Shown here: in pieces, positions 36,326-47,548 of the stretch
How positions within the stretch are numbered: the stretch's first letter is position 1
Layout of the letters: the number at the start of each line of letters is the position of its first letter
From: an uncultured Acidobacteriota bacterium
GTDB taxonomy: Bacteria > Acidobacteriota > Thermoanaerobaculia > Multivoradales > JAGPDF01
NCBI GenBank assembly: GCA_963700315.1
Contig: CAVOXC010000001.1
Location: forward strand, 141,809-205,808
Length of the DNA: 64,000 nucleotides
Direction of reading: 5' to 3'
Notes under the pieces: generated by a model
Databases searched by the model: none
The model's input: only the letters and a program-made list of their open reading frames with translations
Told to the model about the DNA's origin: nothing
Program-made: the position numbers and the translations under genes

Positions 36326-36439
36326 CTAGCCCTGACGCTGCTTGTGCTTGGGGTTGTCGCAGATTACCCGGATCACGCCCGCGCGGCGCACGATCTTGCA
36401 TTTCGGGCACATCCGCCTCACCGAGGAACGAACTTTCAT
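36326..36439 (-). CDS. rpmJ: 50S ribosomal protein L36 (bL36)
   Basis: Not in the ORF track (37 aa). My reverse-strand translation is [37 protein letters not shown] with stop TAG at 36326-36328. It lies between infA and rpsM. Confidence 0.85.
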   Translation of the reverse strand: MKVRSSVRRMCPKCKIVRRAGVIRVICDNPKHKQRQG

Positions 36440-36453
36440 GATTCCACCCCCGT

Positions 36454-36672
36454 CTACTTCAGCCGGTAGACGATGCGCCCGCGAGAAAGGTCGTAGGGCG
36501 AAAGCTCGACCAAGACTCGATCCCCCGGGAGAATTCGAATGAAGTGCTTGCGCATCTTGCCGGAGATGTGCGCCAGCACTTTGTGCTTGTTCTCGAGCTC
36601 GATGCGAAACATCGCGTTCGGCAGCAGCTCGACCACCGTCGCTTCGACTTCTATCGCCTCTTCCTTGGCCAA
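36454..36672 (-). CDS. infA: Translation initiation factor IF-1
   Basis: [72 protein letters not shown]. Confidence 0.95.
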   Translation of the reverse strand: MAKEEAIEVEATVVELLPNAMFRIELENKHKVLAHISGKMRKHFIRILPGDRVLVELSPYDLSRGRIVYRLK

Positions 36673-36693
36673 GCTTCCCGACCTTCCTTTCGC

Positions 36694-37443
36694 CTACCGT
36701 CCGAGGACGCGAGCGCCGCTCTCTGTGACCGCGACGGAAAACTCGAAATGGGCCGAGAGGGACCCGTCACGGGTCCGCGCCGTCCAGCCGTCCTCATCAA
36801 CCTGCACCGCCGGCGACCCTGCGTTCACCATCGGTTCGATCGCCAGCACCAGTCCCGGCTGTAGCCGCGGCCCGCGACCCGGTTCGCCGAAATTCGGCAC
36901 CTGTGGATCTTCGTGGAGCGCCGTTCCGATTCCGTGCCCGACGAAGTCACGAACCACCGAGAAGCCCTGCGACTCGACGTAGGTCTGGACCACGTGGCCG
37001 ATGTCTGAAAGACGCTCGTTCGGGCGAACCGCTGCCACGGCCAGATCGAGCGCATGCCGGGTCGCCGCGATCAACCGCTGCGCCTCCGAACTCACCGAGC
37101 CCACGGAGAACGTCCGCGCGGCATCCCCATAGTATCCCTTATATAGCACTCCGCAATCAACTCCGACGATGTCGCCCTCGGTCAGCGCCGTCTCCCCGGG
37201 GATTCCGTGCACGATTACGTCGTTGATCGAGGTGCACAAGGTGGCCGGATACCCCCGGTAGTTCAAGAAGGCCGGTGCGGCGCCGGACTCCCGGATGAGC
37301 TCCTCGGCGAACCGGTCCAGCTCTCGGGTCGTCACTCCCGGAGCGATGCGGTCTCCGATTCCTTCGAGCACCCGATGAACGATGCGGTTCGCCTCGTTCA
37401 TTAGCTCGAGCTCCGGCGGGCTCTTCAGCACCATCTCGGTCAA
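36694..37443 (-). CDS. map: Methionine aminopeptidase type I
   Basis: VHGIPG..., [38 protein letters not shown]. Confidence 0.9.
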   Translation of the reverse strand: MTEMVLKSPPELELMNEANRIVHRVLEGIGDRIAPGVTTRELDRFAEELIRESGAAPAFLNYRGYPATLCTSINDVIVHGIPGETALTEGDIVGVDCGVLYKGYYGDAARTFSVGSVSSEAQRLIAATRHALDLAVAAVRPNERLSDIGHVVQTYVESQGFSVVRDFVGHGIGTALHEDPQVPNFGEPGRGPRLQPGLVLAIEPMVNAGSPAVQVDEDGWTARTRDGSLSAHFEFSVAVTESGARVLGR

Positions 37444-38009
37444 GACCTACCGAGCACCGCGCGGATAGCGGACGTAACCGCCGTGACTCCGCGATTGCCA
37501 TCGACCCGAACCAAGAGACCACGCTGCTCATAGCGCTCGACCAAGGGTTCGGTTTTCTCTCGATATACCCGCAAGCGCTCCCGGATGATCTCCTCCGTAT
37601 CGTCGGCGCGCTGCCGGCCGAGGGCTCGACGGACCAACTCGGCCTCGGGGACTTCGAGCAGCAGGACGGTGTCGAGACCGAGGCCCGCGCCAGCCAGGAG
37701 CTCGTCCAGGGTGTCCGCCTGACCGGGAGTTCGTGGGTACCCGTCGAGCAAGAACCCCAGAGCCGTGTCCGAACGGCCGAGACGATCCGCAACCACGCGA
37801 GCCATCAGCACATCGTCGACGAGCTCGCCCGACGCCATGACCCCCTCGACTCGGCGCCCCAGATCGCTGCCCTCACCAACGGCCAGTCGCAGCATCGCTC
37901 CTGTCGAGATCGCGGGTACACCAAGTTCTGCGCTCAATCGTTCAGCCTGTGTACCCTTCCCACTCCCGGGTGCTCCAAGCAAGACGGCGCGAAGCACTTC
38001 AGCGCTCAT
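37440..38009 (-). CDS. adk: Adenylate kinase (short-lid type)
   Basis: P-loop LLGAPGSGKGTQAERL, then GFLLDGYPRT. 189 aa, with no Cys4 lid. It overlaps the map start by 4 nt. Confidence 0.9.
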   Translation of the reverse strand: MSAEVLRAVLLGAPGSGKGTQAERLSAELGVPAISTGAMLRLAVGEGSDLGRRVEGVMASGELVDDVLMARVVADRLGRSDTALGFLLDGYPRTPGQADTLDELLAGAGLGLDTVLLLEVPEAELVRRALGRQRADDTEEIIRERLRVYREKTEPLVERYEQRGLLVRVDGNRGVTAVTSAIRAVLGRS

Positions 38010-38011
38010 CG

Positions 38012-39394
38012 TCAGCCGCGCCGGCCTCGCACTCGTCCGCGCTTGAGGAAACCGTCATAGTTCCGCATTACGAGCTGGCTCTCGATCTGCTGCAGTGTGT
38101 CCATCGCGACGCCGACCACGATAAGCAGCGAGGTTCCGCCAAAGTAGAAGCGAATGCCCATGCCTTCGGTCACCCAGGTCGGTAGATACGGATCGATCAC
38201 TGGACCGATCCAAGGAAGGTTCTGGAAGCGGACACCGTTGAGCAAGAAGTCGGGCAGCACGGCGACAAGCGCCAGGTAGACAGCTCCGACCAGCGAGATT
38301 CGAGTCAGGATCTTGTCGATGTACTCCGCCGTCCGCTTGCCCGAGCGAATGCCGGGAATGAAGCTGCCGTACTTCCGCATGTTCTCGGCCAGATCGGCCG
38401 GATTGAAGATGATCGAGATGTAGAAATAGCAGAAGAAGATGATGCCAACCACATAGAGTAGGTAGTGCAGGGGCTGTCCCCACGCCAGCGCGTCGGCGAT
38501 CCTCTGCATCCACTCGACTTGCAGCATCTGCGCGAACGTCGCCGGCAATGCCATCAAGGAGCTCGCGAAGATCACCGGGATGACGCCGCCCGTGTTGACC
38601 CGCAACGGAAGATAGGTGCTCTGGCCGCCGTAGACCTTCCTCCCCACCATCCGCTTGGCGTATTGAACCGGAATGCGACGCTGCGCCCGCTCCATGAATA
38701 CGATGAACGCGACCACGGCGACCATGAATCCGGTGAGCAGCACCATCCCGATCAGCGACAGCTCGTCTTGGGCGATCCTCGCGATGGTGTCCGCCACGGC
38801 CTGCGGCAGGCCGACCACGATACCCGCGAAGATGATCAGGGAGATCCCATTGCCGACGCCGCGCTCGCTGATCTGCTCACCGAGCCACATGACGAAGGCG
38901 CAGCCCGTGGTCAGCGTGAGGATTGTCATCAAGCGGAAACCCCAACCCGGGTCCGGCACGAGCACGCCGCCCGCCGGCGTCGTCGTCTTCTCGAGAAACA
39001 GCGAGATTCCGGTCGACTGGACCACGGAGACCAAGACGGTTCCGTAGCGCGTGTATTGGGTGATCTTCTTGCGTCCCAGCTCCCCTTCCTTCGACAGCTT
39101 CTCCAGGTAGGGCACGACCACGGTCAAGAGTTGCAGGACAATCGACGCGGTGATGTACGGCATGATCCCCAGAGCGAACACCGCGACGCGCTCGAGACTG
39201 CCACCGGTAAAAGTGTTGACGAAGCCCAGAAAACTGCTCTGGATCGCATCCATGAACTCGATCAGAGCCTTCGGATCGATCCCAGGTGTCGGAATGTGAC
39301 AGCCGATCCGGTAGACCGCGAGCAGCGCGAATGTGAAGAACAAGCGCTTGCGCAGATCGGGGATCGCAAATACGTTGCGCAGGCTCTCGAGCAC
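38012..39394 (-). CDS. secY: Preprotein translocase subunit SecY
   Basis: 460 aa, multi-TM. LRKRLFFTFALLAVYRIGCHIPTPGID..., GIMPYITASIVLQLL. Confidence 0.95.
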   Translation of the reverse strand: MLESLRNVFAIPDLRKRLFFTFALLAVYRIGCHIPTPGIDPKALIEFMDAIQSSFLGFVNTFTGGSLERVAVFALGIMPYITASIVLQLLTVVVPYLEKLSKEGELGRKKITQYTRYGTVLVSVVQSTGISLFLEKTTTPAGGVLVPDPGWGFRLMTILTLTTGCAFVMWLGEQISERGVGNGISLIIFAGIVVGLPQAVADTIARIAQDELSLIGMVLLTGFMVAVVAFIVFMERAQRRIPVQYAKRMVGRKVYGGQSTYLPLRVNTGGVIPVIFASSLMALPATFAQMLQVEWMQRIADALAWGQPLHYLLYVVGIIFFCYFYISIIFNPADLAENMRKYGSFIPGIRSGKRTAEYIDKILTRISLVGAVYLALVAVLPDFLLNGVRFQNLPWIGPVIDPYLPTWVTEGMGIRFYFGGTSLLIVVGVAMDTLQQIESQLVMRNYDGFLKRGRVRGRRG

Positions 39395-39835
39395 TTAGCC
39401 GATCTCCTCGCACTTCCCGCCGGCAGCTTCGATCTTCGCACGGGCTGAAGCACTGAACTTGTGCGCAGCCACGGTCACGGCCTGTGCCAAGTCGCCGTTT
39501 CCCAGCACTTTGACGAGACCGCCCTTGTGAACCAACCCCTTCGCGACCAGCACCTCGGGCGTGACCTTCTCTCCCAACGCCGCCAGCTGAGACACGTTGA
39601 CCACTTCGTACTCGACGCGAAACTTGTTGTTGAAACCTCGCTTCGGAACGCGGCGAATGAGCGGCATCTGGCCGCCTTCGAATCCCGGCCGAACGCTGTG
39701 ACCCGAGCGCGAGTTGCCACCCTTGTGACCGCGACCGGCCGTCTTGCCAAGGCCGGAACCGGGTCCACGCCCGACTCGCTTGCGGGTCTTGCGACTACCC
39801 TTGCCGGGAGAGAGCTCGTGCAGCTTCATGTTCAA
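39395..39835 (-). CDS. rplO: 50S ribosomal protein L15 (uL15)
   Basis: [36 protein letters not shown]... Confidence 0.95.
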   Translation of the reverse strand: MNMKLHELSPGKGSRKTRKRVGRGPGSGLGKTAGRGHKGGNSRSGHSVRPGFEGGQMPLIRRVPKRGFNNKFRVEYEVVNVSQLAALGEKVTPEVLVAKGLVHKGGLVKVLGNGDLAQAVTVAAHKFSASARAKIEAAGGKCEEIG

Positions 39836-40023
39836 CCCTCGCTGACTTCAAGCAGGTGATTGATCTTCGCGATCATTCCGCGCACTGCCGGCGAGTCCTC
39901 GCGCTCCACCTCGTGTCGGATGCGGCGCAGCCCGAGCCCGCGCAGAACCTCACGATGCGCCGGCTTGGACCCGATGGCGCTGCGAACTTGACGGATGCGG
40001 ATCGTCGATTTCTTCTTGCTCAT
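39832..40023 (-). CDS. rpmD: 50S ribosomal protein L30 (uL30)
   Basis: Trimmed to [35 protein letters not shown] (ATG 40023, GAGGA upstream). Confidence 0.9.
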   Translation of the reverse strand: MSKKKSTIRIRQVRSAIGSKPAHREVLRGLGLRRIRHEVEREDSPAVRGMIAKINHLLEVSEG

Positions 40024-40046
40024 TTCTGATCCTCGCGGCGGCCGGC

Positions 40047-40553
40047 TCAAGCCTCGGCCGCTGTCTCGTCGGGCGCCGATTCGTCGGGTTCCGGCGAGCT
40101 CACTTCGGGCCGAAGCTGAAGTAGCGCCTCGAATGTCGCTTTCACGACATTGTGTGGATTGGTCGAGCCGAGCGACTTGGTGAGGATGTCCTGGATTCCC
40201 GCCGCCTCGATGACCGCTCGCACCGGACCTCCCGCGATCACGCCCGTGCCAGCCGAAGCCGGCTTCATCAGGACTCGGCCGGCACCGAAGATCCCCAGCG
40301 CGTCGTGGGGAATCGTGGTGCCGGTCATGGGCACGCTCACAAGTCGCTTCTTGGCGATCTCGATGCCCTTACGGATCGCGGTGGGCACCTCCTTCGCCTT
40401 GCCGGCGCCGTATCCGACACGACCGTTGCCATCGCCGATCACCACCAGCGCCGAGAAGGAGAAGTTCTTGCCACCCTTCACCACTTTGGTCACGCGATTG
40501 ATGTGGACAACCTGCTCCACGAACTCGCTGTCCTGATTGAAGTCCCTAGCCAC
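40047..40553 (-). CDS. rpsE: 30S ribosomal protein S5 (uS5)
   Basis: [49 protein letters not shown]. Confidence 0.95.
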   Translation of the reverse strand: MARDFNQDSEFVEQVVHINRVTKVVKGGKNFSFSALVVIGDGNGRVGYGAGKAKEVPTAIRKGIEIAKKRLVSVPMTGTTIPHDALGIFGAGRVLMKPASAGTGVIAGGPVRAVIEAAGIQDILTKSLGSTNPHNVVKATFEALLQLRPEVSSPEPDESAPDETAAEA

Positions 40554-40598
40554 AGTGTTTCTCCTTCGTCCGTCACCGGCCCGAGATCGGGCCGGACC

Positions 40599-40985
40599 CT
40601 AGAACTGCAATCCCTTGGCGCGAGCCGCCTCGGCGAGCTCCCGCACCTTGCCATGGTAGAGGTAGCCACCACGATCGAATACGACCCGAGAGATTCCCTT
40701 CTCCAACGCGCGCTCGGCGACGGCTTCACCGACGACCTTCGCCGCGACTCTAGTGGCCGCCGACCCTTCGATCTTGCCCTTGAGAGCCGGCTCGAGAGAG
40801 GTCGCTGCGACCAGCGTCTTGCCGCTCTCGTCGTCGATGACCTGCGCGTAGACGTACTTGGCGCTCTTGAATACTGCCAGCCGCGGCCTCTCCGTGGTTC
40901 CGGACAGACGGCGCCGCAAGCGCTGGTGCGCTCGGGTGCGGTGATAGCGCTTCTTCAGCACCTTCTTCTTGTTCGCGTCCGACAT
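40599..40985 (-). CDS. rplR: 50S ribosomal protein L18 (uL18)
   Basis: [31 protein letters not shown]...[19 protein letters not shown]. Confidence 0.95.
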   Translation of the reverse strand: MSDANKKKVLKKRYHRTRAHQRLRRRLSGTTERPRLAVFKSAKYVYAQVIDDESGKTLVAATSLEPALKGKIEGSAATRVAAKVVGEAVAERALEKGISRVVFDRGGYLYHGKVRELAEAARAKGLQF

Positions 40986-41024
40986 GGCAATCCTTCCCGA
41001 AACGCCGTCGCTTCCGACGGTCTC

Positions 41025-41567
41025 TTACTTCGCCCCAGCCTTACCGACCTTGCGACGGACGACTTCGCCGGCGAACCTGATTCCCTTCCCCTTGTACGGG
41101 TCCGGGGGCCGCAGTCGCCGGATCTCCGCGCAGACCTGACCGAGCATCTGCTTGTCGGCGCTCGCGATCGTCATCTTGTTGGCCTTCGGATCGTGATCGA
41201 CGTGGACCCCCTCGGGGATCTTGAACACGACCGGATGGGAGTAGCCCAGGGCGAAGTGGATCTCATTGCTCCTCACTTCGGCCTTGTACCCGACACCGAT
41301 GATCTCGAGTCCCTTGCTGAATCCCGTGGCCACACCCTCGACCGCATTCGCGAGTAGAGCGCGCATCAACCCGTGTTTCGATCGCTCGGGGCCGGAGTCG
41401 CCCGATCGCTCCACCGATACGACTCCGTCGTCCAATCTGACGGGGAAACCCGGCAGCAGCTCTTGCGCGATCTTGCCCTTGGGTCCCTCGGCGACGAAAA
41501 CCTCTTCGGAAATCGTTACCTTGACGCCCTGGGGGACTGGAATCGGTCTTCTTCCCACGCGAGACAT
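41025..41567 (-). CDS. rplF: 50S ribosomal protein L6 (uL6)
   Basis: MSRVGRRPIPVPQGVKVTISE...GVGYKAEV...GKGIRFAGEVVRRKVGK. Confidence 0.95.
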   Translation of the reverse strand: MSRVGRRPIPVPQGVKVTISEEVFVAEGPKGKIAQELLPGFPVRLDDGVVSVERSGDSGPERSKHGLMRALLANAVEGVATGFSKGLEIIGVGYKAEVRSNEIHFALGYSHPVVFKIPEGVHVDHDPKANKMTIASADKQMLGQVCAEIRRLRPPDPYKGKGIRFAGEVVRRKVGKAGAK

Positions 41568-41578
41568 CGCCCCGCCCC

Positions 41579-41977
41579 CTACCAGATCTCGCAGAGCACT
41601 TCGCCGCCGATTCTGCGCTCTCGCGCTTGCCGATCGGTGAGGAGCCCCAGATTCGTGGAGATCACGCCGAGACCACGGCCATTGAGGACCGGACGTATGT
41701 CGTCCGCGCCCCGATAGACCCTTCGCCCCGGCTTGGAGATTCGCTGCAGATGCGTGATCGCAGGATCGCCAGCGTCGCTGTACTCGAGGAAGACGCGAAG
41801 TACCGGAACCGGCTGCTGCTCCATTCGCCGGAAGTTCCGAATGTACCCCTCTTCCTTCAAGATCCGGCAGATCTGGGCCTTGAGCTTCGAGCTCGGCACG
41901 TCCACCCGATCGTGCTTGGCCATGTGCGCGTTCCGGATCCGCGTCAGCAGATCCGAAACCGGATCCATGTTGCTCAT
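41579..41977 (-). CDS. rpsH: 30S ribosomal protein S8 (uS8)
   Basis: DPVSDLLTRIRNAHMAKHDRVDVPSSKLK...GGEVLCEIW. Confidence 0.95.
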   Translation of the reverse strand: MSNMDPVSDLLTRIRNAHMAKHDRVDVPSSKLKAQICRILKEEGYIRNFRRMEQQPVPVLRVFLEYSDAGDPAITHLQRISKPGRRVYRGADDIRPVLNGRGLGVISTNLGLLTDRQARERRIGGEVLCEIW

Positions 41978-41987
41978 CTTGCTCTCC

Positions 41988-42173
41988 TTACCAGCTTGCT
42001 TTGATCACGCCCGGGAGGTACCCCTGGCGAGCGAGGTCGCGGAAACAGATCCTGCAAAGGGCGAACTTCCGCATGTAGCCACGAGGCCGCCCACACCGCT
42101 TGCAGCGGCTCCGCTCCCGCACTTTGTACTTGAGGGAGATCCTCGTCTTCGCCATTCTCGCAGCCGTAGCCAT
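41988..42173 (-). CDS. rpsN: 30S ribosomal protein S14, type Z (zinc-binding, 61 aa)
   Basis: Trimmed to [61 protein letters not shown] (CxxC...CxxC). Confidence 0.9.
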   Translation of the reverse strand: MATAARMAKTRISLKYKVRERSRCKRCGRPRGYMRKFALCRICFRDLARQGYLPGVIKASW

Positions 42174-42198
42174 CTCGCTCTCCAGTTCCCGGTCCGAT

Positions 42199-42780
42199 TC
42201 AGTTCCGCGCAAACGGCATGCCGAGCTCGCGCAGAAGATGCATCGCCTGCTCGTCGTTAGCAGCCGTGGTGACGAAGGTGACGTTCATTCCCTTCGGTCG
42301 GTCCACTTTGTTGTAGTCGATCTCCTGGAAGATCAGATGATCCCTCACGCCGAGGGTGAAGTTGCCCCGACCGTCGAAGCTCTTGGTGGGAATTCCCCGG
42401 AAATCTCGGACGCGCGGAAGGGCAATCGCAATGAGGCGGTCCATGAACTCCCACATCCGATCGCCTCGCAGCGTGACGGAACAGCCGATCGGCATTCCTT
42501 CCCGCAACTTGAACGACGCTATCGATTTCCGCGACCGCCGAATCGAGGGCCGCTGGCCCGCGATAGCCGAGAGCTCGTCTATGCCGTCGTCGAGGATCTT
42601 GATGTTCTGGATCGCCTCGCCCAGGCCCATGTTGAGCACGATCTTCTCGAGCCGTGGAACCGCCATGGCGTTGCCGATCCCAAACTCCTTCTTGAGCCGG
42701 GCAACGACCTCTTCTCGATATTTCTGCTTGAGCCGGGGAACGTAGTTCGCGTCCGCGGCCTTTTCGCTCTTCTTAGCCAT
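42199..42780 (-). CDS. rplE: 50S ribosomal protein L5 (uL5)
   Basis: Trimmed to [26 protein letters not shown]...[16 protein letters not shown]. Confidence 0.95.
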   Translation of the reverse strand: MAKKSEKAADANYVPRLKQKYREEVVARLKKEFGIGNAMAVPRLEKIVLNMGLGEAIQNIKILDDGIDELSAIAGQRPSIRRSRKSIASFKLREGMPIGCSVTLRGDRMWEFMDRLIAIALPRVRDFRGIPTKSFDGRGNFTLGVRDHLIFQEIDYNKVDRPKGMNVTFVTTAANDEQAMHLLRELGMPFARN

Positions 42781-42793
42781 TGTCCTTGCGCTC

Positions 42794-43117
42794 CTAGCCG
42801 AGCGTTGCTCCACTCTTCTTGGCTACCCGCACCGCCGAACCGTCCTCGAGCCGTCGCCGCCCAACTCGGGTCGCCTCACCGGAAGTCGGATCGATCAACA
42901 TCAGGTTCGACAGCTGAATGGGCGCTTCCTTCTCGAGAATTCCACCCTGCACTCCGCGCTGGGGATTCGCCCGCGTGTGGCGCTTGACGAGATTCACCCT
43001 CTCGACGATGGCCATGCCCTTGGCGGGCAGCATCCGAAGCACCCGCCCTTTGGCGCCGCGGTCGCGCCCGGCGATCACCAGCACCTGGTCGTTCTTCTTG
43101 ATTTTCGAGCTGCGCAT
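42794..43117 (-). CDS. rplX: 50S ribosomal protein L24 (uL24)
   Basis: [25 protein letters not shown]... (KOW motif). Confidence 0.95.
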   Translation of the reverse strand: MRSSKIKKNDQVLVIAGRDRGAKGRVLRMLPAKGMAIVERVNLVKRHTRANPQRGVQGGILEKEAPIQLSNLMLIDPTSGEATRVGRRRLEDGSAVRVAKKSGATLG

Positions 43118-43135
43118 TGTGCCTCCCGTCTTCGC

Positions 43136-43501
43136 CTAGATGACTTCCGGAGCAAGCGAGATGATCTTCATGAACCGCTTCTCTCGCAGCTCTCTCGCCA
43201 CCGGTCCGAAGACTCGGGTCCCGACCGGCTCTTTCTGGTCGTTGATCAGAACGGCAGCGTTCTGGTCGAACCGGATGTAGCTTCCGTCCTTCCGCCGCTG
43301 CGACTTCACTGTTCTGACTACGACCGCCTTCACGACCTGCCCCTTCTTGACCGTCCCGTCCGGAGTGGCTTCCTTGACCGACGCCGTGATCACGTCACCG
43401 AGGCGCGCGTATGTTCCTAGCGCTCCCTTCAGGTGAATACAGGCGATCTTCTTGGCGCCGGAATTATCGGCCACGTCGAGGACTGTGCGCATCTGGATCA
43501 T
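43136..43501 (-). CDS. rplN: 50S ribosomal protein L14 (uL14)
   Basis: [26 protein letters not shown]... Confidence 0.95.
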   Translation of the reverse strand: MIQMRTVLDVADNSGAKKIACIHLKGALGTYARLGDVITASVKEATPDGTVKKGQVVKAVVVRTVKSQRRKDGSYIRFDQNAAVLINDQKEPVGTRVFGPVARELREKRFMKIISLAPEVI

Positions 43502-43504
43502 GGC

Positions 43505-43786
43505 TCAGCTCTCCTGCGCGCTCTCGAGGATCTCGCTCACCCGCCAGCGCTTCAAGCGCGACAGCGGCCGGGTCGCGACCAAGCGCACTCGATCACCAGG
43601 CTTGCAGCTATTGCCCTCGTCGTGCGCCACGAACTTCGACGTCCGCTTCTGATAGCGGTGATAGAGGCGGTGAGTAATGGTCTTCTCGACTTTGACCACC
43701 ACGGTCTTGTCCATCTTCGCGCTGACCACGATCCCCACCTTCTCCTGGCGGCGACCGCGTTCAGGCTGCGTTGTCTCACTCATCAT
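43505..43786 (-). CDS. rpsQ: 30S ribosomal protein S17 (uS17)
   Basis: Trimmed to MMSETTQPERGRRQEKVGIVVSAKMDKTVVVKVEKTITHRLYHRYQKRTSKFVAHDE. The upper part of the track ORF runs through rpmC out of frame. Confidence 0.9.
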   Translation of the reverse strand: MMSETTQPERGRRQEKVGIVVSAKMDKTVVVKVEKTITHRLYHRYQKRTSKFVAHDEGNSCKPGDRVRLVATRPLSRLKRWRVSEILESAQES

Positions 43787-43793
43787 CGTTCCC

Positions 43794-44000
43794 TCAGCTG
43801 GCCTTCTGCTTGTCACGAAGCACGGTGAGAACCCGCGCCAGCTCACGACGCGCCTCGCGGAACTTCGAGGGCTTCTCGAGCTGTCCGGTTGTTCGCTGCA
43901 GGCGCAAGGCGAACAGCTGCTCGGCGAGCTCTCGCTCCCGGCCGGCGAGCTCGGCCTCGGTCTTCTCGCGCAATTCAAGCAACGTCTTACTGGACTTCAT
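43794..44000 (-). CDS. rpmC: 50S ribosomal protein L29 (uL29)
   Basis: LRLQRTTGQLEKPSKFREARRELARVLTVL. Confidence 0.9.
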   Translation of the reverse strand: MKSSKTLLELREKTEAELAGRERELAEQLFALRLQRTTGQLEKPSKFREARRELARVLTVLRDKQKAS

Positions 44001-44009
44001 CGTAGTCTC

Positions 44010-44429
44010 CTACTTCAGCTCCGCGTGACGCGACACGAACCGCGTCTTGATTCCGAACTTGTGGGAGGCGAGCCGCATCGCCTCAGCGGCGATCACCGGA
44101 TCCACTCCCTCGATCTCGAACAGGATGCGCCCCGGTTTCACTACCGCGACCCATCCTTCAGGATTGCCTTTACCCTTGCCCATCCGTGTTTCGAGAGGCT
44201 TCTTGCTGAACGGCTTGTCCGGAAAGACCCGGATCCAAATCTTTCCGCCGCGCTTCACGTGCCTGGTGATCGCGATACGGCCGGCCTCGATCTGGCGCGC
44301 GGTAATCCAACCGGGCTCGAGCGCTTGGAGCGCGAAATCGCCGAAGGCGATGTGCGCGCCACCCTTAGCGACACCCGAGCGCCGGCCGCGCTGCTGCTTG
44401 CGAAACTTGACCTTCTTCGGCATCAACAT
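44010..44429 (-). CDS. rplP: 50S ribosomal protein L16 (uL16)
   Basis: [24 protein letters not shown]...[20 protein letters not shown]. Confidence 0.95.
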   Translation of the reverse strand: MLMPKKVKFRKQQRGRRSGVAKGGAHIAFGDFALQALEPGWITARQIEAGRIAITRHVKRGGKIWIRVFPDKPFSKKPLETRMGKGKGNPEGWVAVVKPGRILFEIEGVDPVIAAEAMRLASHKFGIKTRFVSRHAELK

Positions 44430-44444
44430 CGTCTGGCTCCTAGA

Positions 44445-45095
44445 TCAGGCGGTGGCGCGCCGCCCCTTCTCCTTGAGAACGTCGCCCTTGTAGACCCAAA
44501 CCTTGACTCCGATGACGCCATACGTCGTGCGCGCCTCCGCGAACCCATAGTCGATGTCCGCCTTGAGTGTGTGCAGCGGTAGCCGCCCTTCCTGGTACCA
44601 CTCCGTTCGCGCGATTTCAGATCCGCCGAGGCGACCAGCAACCATGATCTTCACGCCCTTGGCGCCGAACCGAAATGCGGATTCCATCGCCTTCTTCATC
44701 GCTCGACGGAAGGACACGCGTCGGACCAGCTGGCCGGAAATCGACTCCGAAACGAGCTGGGCATCGAGCTCGGGCCGCTGAATCTCCTGAATGTTGATGT
44801 GGACCTCTCGGCCAGTGGACTTCGCCAGGTCGTCTCGGAGCTTGTCGACTTCCGCGCCCTTGCGGCCGATGATGATTCCCGGACGCGAGGTGTGAATCGT
44901 CACTCTGAGCTTGTCGGCTGCCCGCTCGATGTCGATCTCAGAGACTCCGGCGTGCCCGAGCCGCCGCTTGAGATCCTCGCGTAGCTTGAGATCCGAGTGT
45001 AGCAACTTGGCGTAATCCGCTTCTGCGTACCACCTCGAGTGCCAGGTCTTGTTGTAGACGAGCCGGAACCCGTAGGGATGCGTTTTCTGACCCAC
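44445..45095 (-). CDS. rpsC: 30S ribosomal protein S3 (uS3)
   Basis: GTG start at 45095 giving (M)[23 protein letters not shown]...; KH domain [10 protein letters not shown]. The upper part of track ORF 44445..45515 is an out-of-frame read through rplV. Confidence 0.95.
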   Translation of the reverse strand: MGQKTHPYGFRLVYNKTWHSRWYAEADYAKLLHSDLKLREDLKRRLGHAGVSEIDIERAADKLRVTIHTSRPGIIIGRKGAEVDKLRDDLAKSTGREVHINIQEIQRPELDAQLVSESISGQLVRRVSFRRAMKKAMESAFRFGAKGVKIMVAGRLGGSEIARTEWYQEGRLPLHTLKADIDYGFAEARTTYGVIGVKVWVYKGDVLKEKGRRATA

Positions 45096-45097
45096 GG

Positions 45098-45457
45098 TTA
45101 CTTGCTCCCTTCGCCGACACCCTTGCGGGTATCGAGCTTGATGGTGATATGGCTCTGGCGCTTGAGGATTCGGAATGCGCGCCCCATCGTGTTGGCGCGG
45201 ATTCGCTTCAGCGAAGGCCCACCATCCACAAAGGCCTCCTTGACGAAGAGCCTGCCCACGTCGATGTTGTTCTCGCGATTCTCCGCATTGGCCACAGCGG
45301 ATTTCAACAGCTTGCCGATCGGCTTTGCGGCCGCCTTCTTGGTAGCCCGCAGAATCGTCGCCGCCTCCTCCACGTTCTTGCCGCGGATGAGGTCGACGAC
45401 CAAGCGCACCTTCTGGGGCGACGCTTGGAAATGACGAAGACGTGCGATGACTTCCAT
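45098..45457 (-). CDS. rplV: 50S ribosomal protein L22 (uL22)
   Basis: [28 protein letters not shown]...[16 protein letters not shown]. Confidence 0.95.
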   Translation of the reverse strand: MEVIARLRHFQASPQKVRLVVDLIRGKNVEEAATILRATKKAAAKPIGKLLKSAVANAENRENNIDVGRLFVKEAFVDGGPSLKRIRANTMGRAFRILKRQSHITIKLDTRKGVGEGSK

Positions 45458-45471
45458 TGCAGGTTCCTTCC

Positions 45472-45765
45472 TCAGACCCTTCTCGGTGCCGCCGATTTCT
45501 CGGCTTTCTTGCCACTGTGTCCGCGGAAGGTCCGGGTCATCGCGAACTCTCCGAGCTTGTGCCCGACCATGTTCTCGCTGACGTAGACCGGAATGAAGGC
45601 CTTGCCATTGTGAACGGCGAACGTGTGGCCAACCATGTCTGGAATGACCGTCGACCGGCGCGACCAGGTCTTGATCACGCGCTTGTCGCCGCTCGAATTC
45701 ATCGCCACGACCTTATCCTCGAGGTGCTTGTCGATGAAGAAGCCCTTCTTGAGCGAACGAGCCAT
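45472..45765 (-). CDS. rpsS: 30S ribosomal protein S19 (uS19)
   Basis: [19 protein letters not shown]...[29 protein letters not shown]. Confidence 0.95.
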   Translation of the reverse strand: MARSLKKGFFIDKHLEDKVVAMNSSGDKRVIKTWSRRSTVIPDMVGHTFAVHNGKAFIPVYVSENMVGHKLGEFAMTRTFRGHSGKKAEKSAAPRRV

Positions 45766-45778
45766 ACGATCCTCCCTG

Positions 45779-46606
45779 CTACTTCCGGTTTCGCCGGCGA
45801 ACGATCATGCCGTCCGTCCGCTTGTTGTTACGCGTCTTGAACCCCTTGGTCGGAACGCCCCACGGCGTTCTCGGATGGCCGCCGCCGGAAGTCTTGCCCT
45901 CGCCCCCGCCCATCGGGTGATCGACGGGGTTCATCGAGACCCCGCGATTGTGAGGCCGCCGACCGAGCCAGCGCCTGCGTCCGGCCTTGCCGAAGGACAC
46001 GTTCTCGTGCTCTAGATTCCCGACTTGGCCTACCGTCGCGAAGCACTCGATGTCCACTCTGCGCACCTCACCCGATGGCAGCTTGACCTGCGCATACGTG
46101 CCTTCGCGCGCCATCAGCTGCGCGCCGGCGCCTGCCGACCGCACCATCTGCCCACCCTTGCCGCGCTTGAGCTCGATGTTGTGGATGACGGTTCCGAGCG
46201 GGATGGTCCGCAACGGCAGGGCATTTCCGACGTTGATCTCCGAACCCTCACCGGACACTACCTCCATCCCCACGGTCAAGCCCTCGGGAGCCAAGATGTA
46301 GCGCTTGTCGCCGTCCACATAGTGGATCAGGGCTATGCGGGCGGACCGGTTCGGGTCGTACTCGATCGTCGCGACCTTGCCCGGCACGCCGTGCTTATCG
46401 CGTTTGAAGTCGATCTCGCGAAAGCGCCTCTTGTGCCCACCGCCGCGGAACCAGATCGTCTGCTGGCCCTTGTTGTTGCGCCCGCCGCTCCGCTTCTTGC
46501 CTTTCGTCAGCGCCTTGTGCGGCCGGTCGGAAGTGACCTCGGCGAAGTCCTGAAAGCTCTGGAACCGGCTGGCCGGATTGTTCGGTCGTAGCTGTCGGAT
46601 ACCCAT
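45779..46606 (-). CDS. rplB: 50S ribosomal protein L2 (uL2)
   Basis: Trimmed to [16 protein letters not shown]...; [42 protein letters not shown]. Confidence 0.95.
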   Translation of the reverse strand: MGIRQLRPNNPASRFQSFQDFAEVTSDRPHKALTKGKKRSGGRNNKGQQTIWFRGGGHKRRFREIDFKRDKHGVPGKVATIEYDPNRSARIALIHYVDGDKRYILAPEGLTVGMEVVSGEGSEINVGNALPLRTIPLGTVIHNIELKRGKGGQMVRSAGAGAQLMAREGTYAQVKLPSGEVRRVDIECFATVGQVGNLEHENVSFGKAGRRRWLGRRPHNRGVSMNPVDHPMGGGEGKTSGGGHPRTPWGVPTKGFKTRNNKRTDGMIVRRRNRK

Positions 46607-46620
46607 CTGGCCATTCCTCC

Positions 46621-46911
46621 TCAGACGCCCTCGAAGAAGTCGATCGTCTTCTCGCCCGGGGCGAGACGCACGTACGCCTTCTTCCAATCGGCTCGCCGCC
46701 CCGAGTACCGCCCCTGACGGCGAACCTTGCCGTGACAGTTCGCGACCCGAACTTCGGCCACCTTGACCTTGAACTGGGTCTCGACCGCGCGCTGAATCTG
46801 GATCTTGTTGGCGCGGCTGTCCACCTCGAAGGCCAGAACGTTCTGGCTCTCTCTTTGCACCGACGATTTCTCCGTAATCAATGGGCGTCGGATGATCTCT
46901 TGAATTCTCAT
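46621..46911 (-). CDS. rplW: 50S ribosomal protein L23 (uL23)
   Basis: [16 protein letters not shown]...[25 protein letters not shown]. Confidence 0.95.
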   Translation of the reverse strand: MRIQEIIRRPLITEKSSVQRESQNVLAFEVDSRANKIQIQRAVETQFKVKVAEVRVANCHGKVRRQGRYSGRRADWKKAYVRLAPGEKTIDFFEGV

Positions 46912-47531
46912 GCGCCGAGGACCTCCAGCAGCTGACCGAGAGCCTGCTCGCTGACCACGAGATAGGCCCGGTCGACGACGTCGTAGACATTGACGCCGAG
47001 GGCGTCTACCGTCTTCGTGCGCGGGTTGTTTCGCGACGCCAATGCCAGGTTCTCGTTGTCTCGGCGGTCGACCAACAGCACTTTCCCTCCGGCGCCGAGC
47101 TTCGCGAGAACGCTGACGAGGTCCTTGGTCCGCTGAGTGGGCACCGCCAGGCTGTCGAGAACAATGATCTTCTCCTCACGGGCCTTCTCCGCCAGCGCCG
47201 ACTTGAGCGCGCTCTTCTTCTCGCCGACCGAGAGCGCCTTGGAGTAGTCCCGAGGCGTAGGACCGTGCACCGTCCCGCCCTTCCTCCACAGCGGGCTCCT
47301 CACGCTGCCGATACGGGCACGACCCGTACCCTTCTGCTTCCAGGGCTTTCGGCCAGAGCCAGCGACCGCGCTGCGCACTTTCGTCGAGTGCGTGCCCGAG
47401 CGCAGGCCCGCGAGATACGCCTGGACGGCGGTGTGGATCAAGTGCTGCTTGTACGGATAGCCGAAGATATCCTCCGGCAGCTCGAGCTCCCGGACTTGTT
47501 GATTGTCGAAGTTGCGAACCGCGATCTTCAT
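46908..47531 (-). CDS. rplD: 50S ribosomal protein L4 (uL4)
   Basis: Trimmed to [13 protein letters not shown]...; [29 protein letters not shown]. Confidence 0.95.
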   Translation of the reverse strand: MKIAVRNFDNQQVRELELPEDIFGYPYKQHLIHTAVQAYLAGLRSGTHSTKVRSAVAGSGRKPWKQKGTGRARIGSVRSPLWRKGGTVHGPTPRDYSKALSVGEKKSALKSALAEKAREEKIIVLDSLAVPTQRTKDLVSVLAKLGAGGKVLLVDRRDNENLALASRNNPRTKTVDALGVNVYDVVDRAYLVVSEQALGQLLEVLGA

Positions 47532-47548
47532 GATCACACTTCTCCCGG

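Noticed and set aside
45096-45515. N-terminal extension of the ORF containing rpsC (track 44445..45515)
   Set aside because: It is an out-of-frame read through rplV. S3 begins at the GTG at 45095, right after the L22 stop.
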